64,000 nucleotides of DNA from NCBI GenBank assembly GCA_905178155.1, contig CAJINV010000002.1:2990515-3054514 (forward strand), in the 5' to 3' direction. The position numbers were made by a program, and so were the translations under genes. Each line of letters opens with the position of its first letter. Position 1 is the first letter of the stretch. The notes under the pieces were generated by a model. The model saw only the letters and a list, made by a program, of their open reading frames with translations, ran no database searches and was not told the DNA's origin. Of this stretch, positions 58,301 to 64,000 are shown one piece after another. Source of the DNA: Amoebophrya sp. A120. Taxonomy: Eukaryota; Protista; Dinoflagellata.

Positions 58301-61300
58301 CCCGAGTAGTTCTGGTAGTACCCAGGGAGACCTGCTTCTAGCTCCGTTTTCGCCGGAATTGGAAGTGGAAATCGAAAACGGAATTAAGATCAAAAAAGTG
58401 AAGCAAGGGAGATTGAGCAGCAGTTCCAGTGTCTACTCCCACCCGTTTGACCGGTCTTGCGTGAAGGAAAAGAAGAACACCAAGATGAACACGGGGTTGT
58501 TGCAGAAAGCAGTTGGTGGAGATGATCCTGGAGGAGATATTAGTTCTGACGCGAAACCAAATGTTGACAAAGGCAAATCCGCTTCCACTCTGAACAAACC
58601 TTCCACTACGAAACGAACCACTACGAAGAACGTCCTCCAGGGTCTGAACCTTGCGACCTACTTTGACAGTTTCATGGACTTGCTGGACTTCCTCCGGTAT
58701 GCAATGCAAAAGCATCGTACTTACTAGTAAAAATTGCATTACAAATTGGCTCAGCATTACAAATTGAATTTGTAATGCGGATTTGCCTTCACAAAAAGAT
58801 TTGTGATGCATAAATGCAATTAGTACGAGTGCGATACTTTTGCAGTCCATATCCGGTTTTACGAAATCCCGTTTTCCCTCTACGAGTTGAAGTGTTTGTA
58901 CAAAGTGTTTTATGCAGTACAAATTTCATCCCGTACACGTACAAATGCTGTTTCTGCATGACAAAACTTGGCTTTAATCCTAGTCTAGCACGACAAGTTC
59001 ACACGACTACAAGTTAGCGAAATTTGTCATGCATTTTGTACATGTTGTGCGGAAAATTTGTATTGCATACGTTTCAAGACGACGGCTTTCAGAAGCAGAA
59101 GGATTGGGTGACGGACTTCCTGCAGGATATCCAGGACATGGAGGCTATGAAAGAAGAGGATTTGCACTTATTACAACGGTCTGTGGAATCCTACTGCCAC
59201 ATCTGTCAAGTCCAGCTGAAAGACTCCGATCGGATGATTTACCCGGAAGAGGAGTGGGGCGCTTTGGGCGTAGACACCAGGGAGAGCAGTAGCAGTGCTG
59301 CGTCCTCTGCTGATGAAACTTGTGTGGTTGCTGCTGACGAGGATGGTGAAGACGGAAAAATCGGGATGATGAATATTAAAACGTCGAAAAATATTAAATC
59401 CAGCTCTTCCTCCGGTTTGATTTGGCACCACATTTGGAGCAAAGAGCACGAGACGCAGCTCTTGTACTATCAGTGGAAGCACGGCTTGCCGACTTTGATG
59501 GACGCGCAGGAGATGCATGAGAAGTATTTGAAGAAGCGGAAAAAATTGTTCAACTACAAAAATAACGAGGATTTTGTCAACCTAGCGGCGAGTGAGGAAT
59601 TCGGGGTTGATTTTACGACGGGTCGTGGGAAAGAAAAAACTAAGGATCATGGTGATGCAGCAGCCGATCTCCTTCAGGTTTACTGCAAAGAAGCTCCTGC
59701 AGGTTCTCCAACATCTTCTGGTGCGAGTAAAAAAGACGATGATGATGATGATGATGATGACTCGGACGACGACGATCAGGATTACATCGTAGACATGCTT
59801 CCGATCAAGTGGTCGCCGAAATGTTTAGAGCCAGAGGAAGCCGTGAAAAATTGGGACACAGCGATCAACTTGAAGAACTTTGTTTTGCCGGGGGTGAAGA
59901 AGAACAAAAAACAGGCTACTACTTCTTCTTCTTCTTCTTCTTTGAATAAAACTAGTACCCAATCTGCCTGCTCTCCGCGGCCTTTCGCTGCAAGTACAAC
60001 TTCCACAGACACCCCTAACTACTTCGGGAACCTCGCCCCGAACCGGGAGCAGGTGTTTGAAAAGCGGGCGGTGAAAAATGCTTTAAAGTCCATGAACACC
60101 TTTTTCGAATTATCCTGAGAAAAAACGTCCCCACTGGTGCCCCATAGTTGTGATGCAGATTTGCAATTGTAGAAGCGCTTGTGATGCGCATCTCCATGAG
60201 AAATACTTTTTTTAAGTCGACGACTTAAAATAAGTATTTCTCATGGAGAAAACACGACTCGTGTTTACAAATACGAAAACACGACTCGTGTTTTCGTATT
60301 TGTAATGCTGTAAAGACGATAAGGAGATGGCTTTTTCATGCGGCTTCCCTTGCTAAATTACACTACAATAACAATACAGAATGGAACTTGTCATGCCTGA
60401 CGCCCAAAACCTCTGGATTTATGTTGCAGAGTTTCCATGTTGACTGTTGTTGGGGACGTTTTTACCCAGAATACGAATGGAAAGAAACCCTACCGAAGTA
60501 CACCACTGCCGCGGACGGGAAAAGAATCAAAATCGTCGACACTTTACCCGTATCCACTGCAGCAAAAGTACCGTTCTAGTATGAACTGCATCACAAATTT
60601 TCTCAGCATGATGAGAAATGAAATTTGTAATGCGGATTTGCCTTAAAAAGGTCGAGAGTTGTAATGCTAATGCATCATCATGAGTGCCGCGATTACAACT
60701 ACGAGTGCGATATTTTTGCAGTGCATAACCCGACGCGCTGGATTTTGATCGAGAAGTTGCGAAGGAATTGGCAGTGGAGCGGAGATTCGCGCCCCATGCG
60801 ACCGTTGGTGTGGAGGAGAAGCAGCAGGGTCTCATGTTGACGAAATCTGCAGCACAGATGAAGCAACAGCAGCAGCAGGCACTTAAAGCTAAAGGCAAAG
60901 ATAAGAACACCAACGCGGAGATGACCACAGCTTCCAATCGTCCGACCGCTGCGCACTTACAATTCCAGCAGATGTTCCAAGACGTGAAACTCCCAGAGAG
61001 CAGTAAAAATCCAGTGGATGACAAAACTCTCGGCTTCTTCCCGCCAAATAAACGAGACACGTCCGGCGGCGGCATTTCTGCCTCCGCGTCGAAGCAGTCG
61101 ACGAGCGGTACTATCGCGGGTTCTTTCAGCAACCAGCAGAACTACCTGCAGTTGAAGGAGAAAACGCTGCTCCGCCGCCACGGTGAGTTGCAAGAGTACC
61201 CCGAGCATGCCAGTGCAAACAAAGCGTTGCTCTTGGATCGCAACAAGAAAATTGCGACGCAAGTGGCGACGGCCGAGCAATTGGCGAAGTTTGGGGAAAA

Positions 61301-64000
61301 GGAGAAGAAGCAACAGGTACAACAACTTCAAGGACAGACGCAGCAGCACAAGGAAATCAAACAGAATCAGAATCACGTTGAATCGGTAGGTCGAGCAGCT
61401 GCTGCAGGAGGTGTGGCAGGAGGAGAGAAAGCAACAACTGCTGCCCAGGTGGACGTACCTCAAGTTCAACAAAGCGTCGATCTTTTGGGGGACGGGGAAA
61501 CAGCAACAGAACAACGAGAGTCCACCTCTCAGGAACGCGACCGCGCAGGAACCAGCGGCTCTTTCACGAAAGATTTGGAAAGGCAACTGTCCCTGACACT
61601 CGGGGAGGATTCTCCCCAGCAGGTGCCGAATGATGAAGACCTCGGCGTAGAAAAACCAAGAACTGGCGCTGGAGCGGCCGCCTCACCTGAAGACATCGCC
61701 GCAAGTAGCATTGACGGGGACGACAGCAGTAGTTCTTCCATTTCTTTGGGCGGGGAAGCAGCGACGCAGCTGAAGAATCTCGTAGTTGCAGAGGAAGAAG
61801 ATAAAGATGCTGTTGCTGTTCATGCAAAAGAACGCGAGGGGGCCGGGGACGGGGTGGTAGAGGCGACGCTGAACGACGTGGTGGAACTGCTTCCCGGTGA
61901 GAAAAAAGTCGAAAAGCAGCAACAAGACGCCTCCCCATCATCTTCCAAGCGAAGAACCAAAACCGGCTACCTCCGCACCCCAGGACATATCAAAGAAACA
62001 ATCGAAGACCACAAACCGTATCAAGTGTAAAAATGTCTGGGTCTGGAAGAGTGCATGTTTGCCATGCTTGTCTGGCATGACTCTCAAATCTGTCATGCAC
62101 GTTGCCCAAGAGCGCCACTTTTCGTTTTCTGTCATGTAGAAACGCAGTTTGTCATGCAGAATAGGCAACACCTAGAAGCTCAGAAACTTGTCATGCTGAG
62201 CGAGCACTTGTGGCCTCCTCATGATACGCCACCCAGCGTCACAAGTTTCCAGACCCAGACACTTTTACTTTTGATAAACCGGAGCAGATGCTGATTTTCC
62301 ACGACGGCAGTCGGTTACCGTACTCCATTTACGACGTACGCATTGCAAATATGATGCCTGGGTCTGGAAAAGTGCTGTAACTTGTCATGCTACATCTGGA
62401 TCGTGGAAAAATTTGTGTTGCATGATTACCAAAAGAGGTCCACTTTTGAACAAGTTTAGAGGCAGTTTCTCATGCAGGAATGGCATGACTATAGAGATCT
62501 CACAGAACCTGTCATGCTAGGCAGTGCGTGCCAGACCGCGTGGGTCATGGAAAACCTGCATGACAAACCTAGCAACTTTCCAGACCCAGACACTTTTGCA
62601 TTTGATACGACATGAAAAAGGACCATCCGGACTGTGAATCCTTTGCGGACTACGTGGAAAAAATCGTTTGCAACAGCGACATATCCAGTGCAAAAGTATC
62701 GCGCTCGTACCAATTGCAAGTATGCGTGACAAATCTTGTCCTTAAGGTAAAACTGCATGACAAGTTCCAGCTCTCATGCTGAGCAAATTTGTAATGCAAT
62801 TGATTGCACTAATACGATACTTTTGCAATGCATACGACATGGTGAAGCACAAGACGATTCTGTGTGAGCAGCGCGATTTCCTGGTGGAATGGAACTACTG
62901 TTTTGAAAATGATGTTTACGGAGAAACGAAATCTTCGGAACATCAAATAGATCCGGACTATGCGGACGTCATTACGAAGTCGAGGCAGTTGTCGCAGTGC
63001 GTCAATGTCTGGCTGCGGCTTTTGAAAGCGAGCATTGCGAAGTTTGACAAGAATACGGTGAGTGTTGCCGATTACGTCAAAGCCTTCGAGTTGGATGATT
63101 TGGAACTAGCAGGGGAACGGGAACAACTGGAAGCTCCTGCTGTGAATGAGGAGTCCTTGCACATCCTGCGGGAACGACTTGCAATCATTCGGGAATCGCT
63201 GTATATTATGGGTTTTTCGTGTTTTTTTTCGTCTGAATCTCATGCGGTTTTGCTTTTGTCCTGCACAGTGATCTGTAGTCAACACGCCATGATGTGAACG
63301 ACGTAAATTTTTACAGTTACACTACAAAAACAAATATAAATTATCAATCACAGAACTGCAATCAAGGACGAAGCTTATTGGATATTCCGCGACAGCAGCT
63401 TTGCCTGGATTAACGAATTCTACTACGCCCGGCCGGGGTTGACTTTGCGGGAAACTCTTTTGCAGCGGCCGGTCTTGTTTGATGAGGAGAAGAGACTGAT
63501 CCTCGCAGCTGAAACGGAAGAAACAGAGGAAAGTGGAACCGAAGAAACAGAAGAAAATCAGAAAAACGTCGACTCTTGGTCCTCTTGGTGCGACGGACAT
63601 AGCAGCGGCAAAAAAGCCTCGCCGTATGAGACTAAGAACCGCAAGAACTTCTCCGCTTCCCCGCGACCACCGGACTTTTACTGCAAGCTGACGGATAGTT
63701 TTTCCTATGGGATCCCGTATGATCGGTGGGCCGTTTCGATCGAATATCTGGAAGCGAAGATGAAGCATCTGACGCTGTATGGGCGGTGGAGGTTGGACGA
63801 AATGAGTAAGCCGGTGACGGTGGAGGAAATTTGGGAAAAGCTGAAGCAAGAGCAACAGGTGGATTTGAATTTGTTGAATGAGAAAAATGGTGAACAAGTG
63901 GGACAAGGTCAAGGCAGCGGAGGTACTATCCCCGGTAGCACCACAGTTGTGAAGAGCAACAGGATCAGCAAGGGCTTCGTCGGCAATTACTGGCTCGACC
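52788..64000 (+). CDS. Large 3'-partial protein of unknown function with an acidic/Ser-rich N-terminus; 8 introners, 1 GT-AG intron (63201-63353), interrupted by the A-tract
   Basis: Continuous spliced frame from 55525 to the window end. The N-terminal exon 52788-52970 joins as PREW-K-DFWAAEE if the A-tract is collapsed. Confidence 0.7.
52971..55524. repeat. 2.55 kb degenerate poly(A) tract, probable sequencing/assembly artefact
   Basis: Overwhelmingly A with aperiodic single-base interruptions; lies inside an apparent Lys codon. Confidence 0.8.
57935..58186. mobile_element. Introner family B (reverse complement of the 38341-38606 type)
   Basis: B-type TIR; TSD TGTAC. Confidence 0.9.
58698..58851. 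mobile_element. Introner family A
   Basis: A-type TIR; TSD TCCGG. Confidence 0.9.
58911..59069. mobile_element. Introner family K
   Basis: TATGCAGTACAAATTT...AAATTTGTATTGCATA; TSD TGTTT/CGTTT. Confidence 0.85.
60111..60473. mobile_element. Introner family I with internal hairpins
   Basis: TATCCTGAGAAAAAACGTCCCCA...TGGGGACGTTTTTACCCAGAATA; TSD CGAAT. Confidence 0.9.
60551..60727. mobile_element. Introner family A
   Basis: A-type TIR; TSD ACCCG. Confidence 0.9.
62019..62276. mobile_element. Introner family B
   Basis: B-type TIR; TSD AACCG. Confidence 0.9.
62337..62607. mobile_element. Introner family B
   Basis: B-type TIR; TSD CGACG/CGACA. Confidence 0.9.
62682..62834. mobile_element. Introner family A
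   Basis: A-type TIR; TSD CGACA. Confidence 0.9.

Noticed and set aside
1345-62834. Recurrent peptides such as ALQKYRTR, CKSIVLV and MQKCLGL as a protein family
   Set aside because: They are translations of introner TIRs, not genes.
63322-63912. 196-aa minus-strand ORF (also 21160-22305, 17396-18187, 56043-56762)
   Set aside because: Antisense shadows of + strand coding exons.
1-64000. An autonomous transposase for the introners
   Set aside because: No DDE or tyrosine-recombinase ORF recognised in the window; the only mobile-element protein is the LINE RNase H fragment.

Overview
Eukaryotic genomic DNA, very probably from a syndinian parasitic dinoflagellate such as Amoebophrya (inferred from gene architecture, not from a search). 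There are nine protein-coding genes, all on the + strand: an unknown 5'-partial gene, a TMEM164-like membrane protein, NOL12/RRP17, a D-amino-acid-oxidase-like protein, a coiled-coil protein, WDR18/IPI3, two tandem EF-hand + DUF5718-like paralogs, and a large unknown 3'-partial gene. The ORF track is fragmented because the exons are interrupted by 56 non-canonical 'introner' introns. These are 145-370 bp elements from about 11 families with TA(T/C)...ATA terminal inverted repeats (TIRs) and a 5-bp target-site duplication (TSD). I checked by hand that removing the element plus one TSD copy restores the reading frame in all 55 complete cases. Most notable: families with unrelated TIRs share an internal motif GCAT(T/G/C)ACAA(A) on both strands; five families occur in both orientations; intact copies occur only in coding exons; and copies inside GT-AG introns have lost their ends. 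Introners also tolerate nested cargo: a 1.1 kb Mutator/foldback-like element, a 2.9 kb RNase H-bearing LINE fragment, and 8.5 kb of satellite plus TIR elements inside the DAO gene. Other features are an intergenic retro-like insertion with a 44-bp flanking duplication, a partial duplicate of the DAO 5' end, and a 2.55 kb degenerate A-tract that is probably an assembly artefact.
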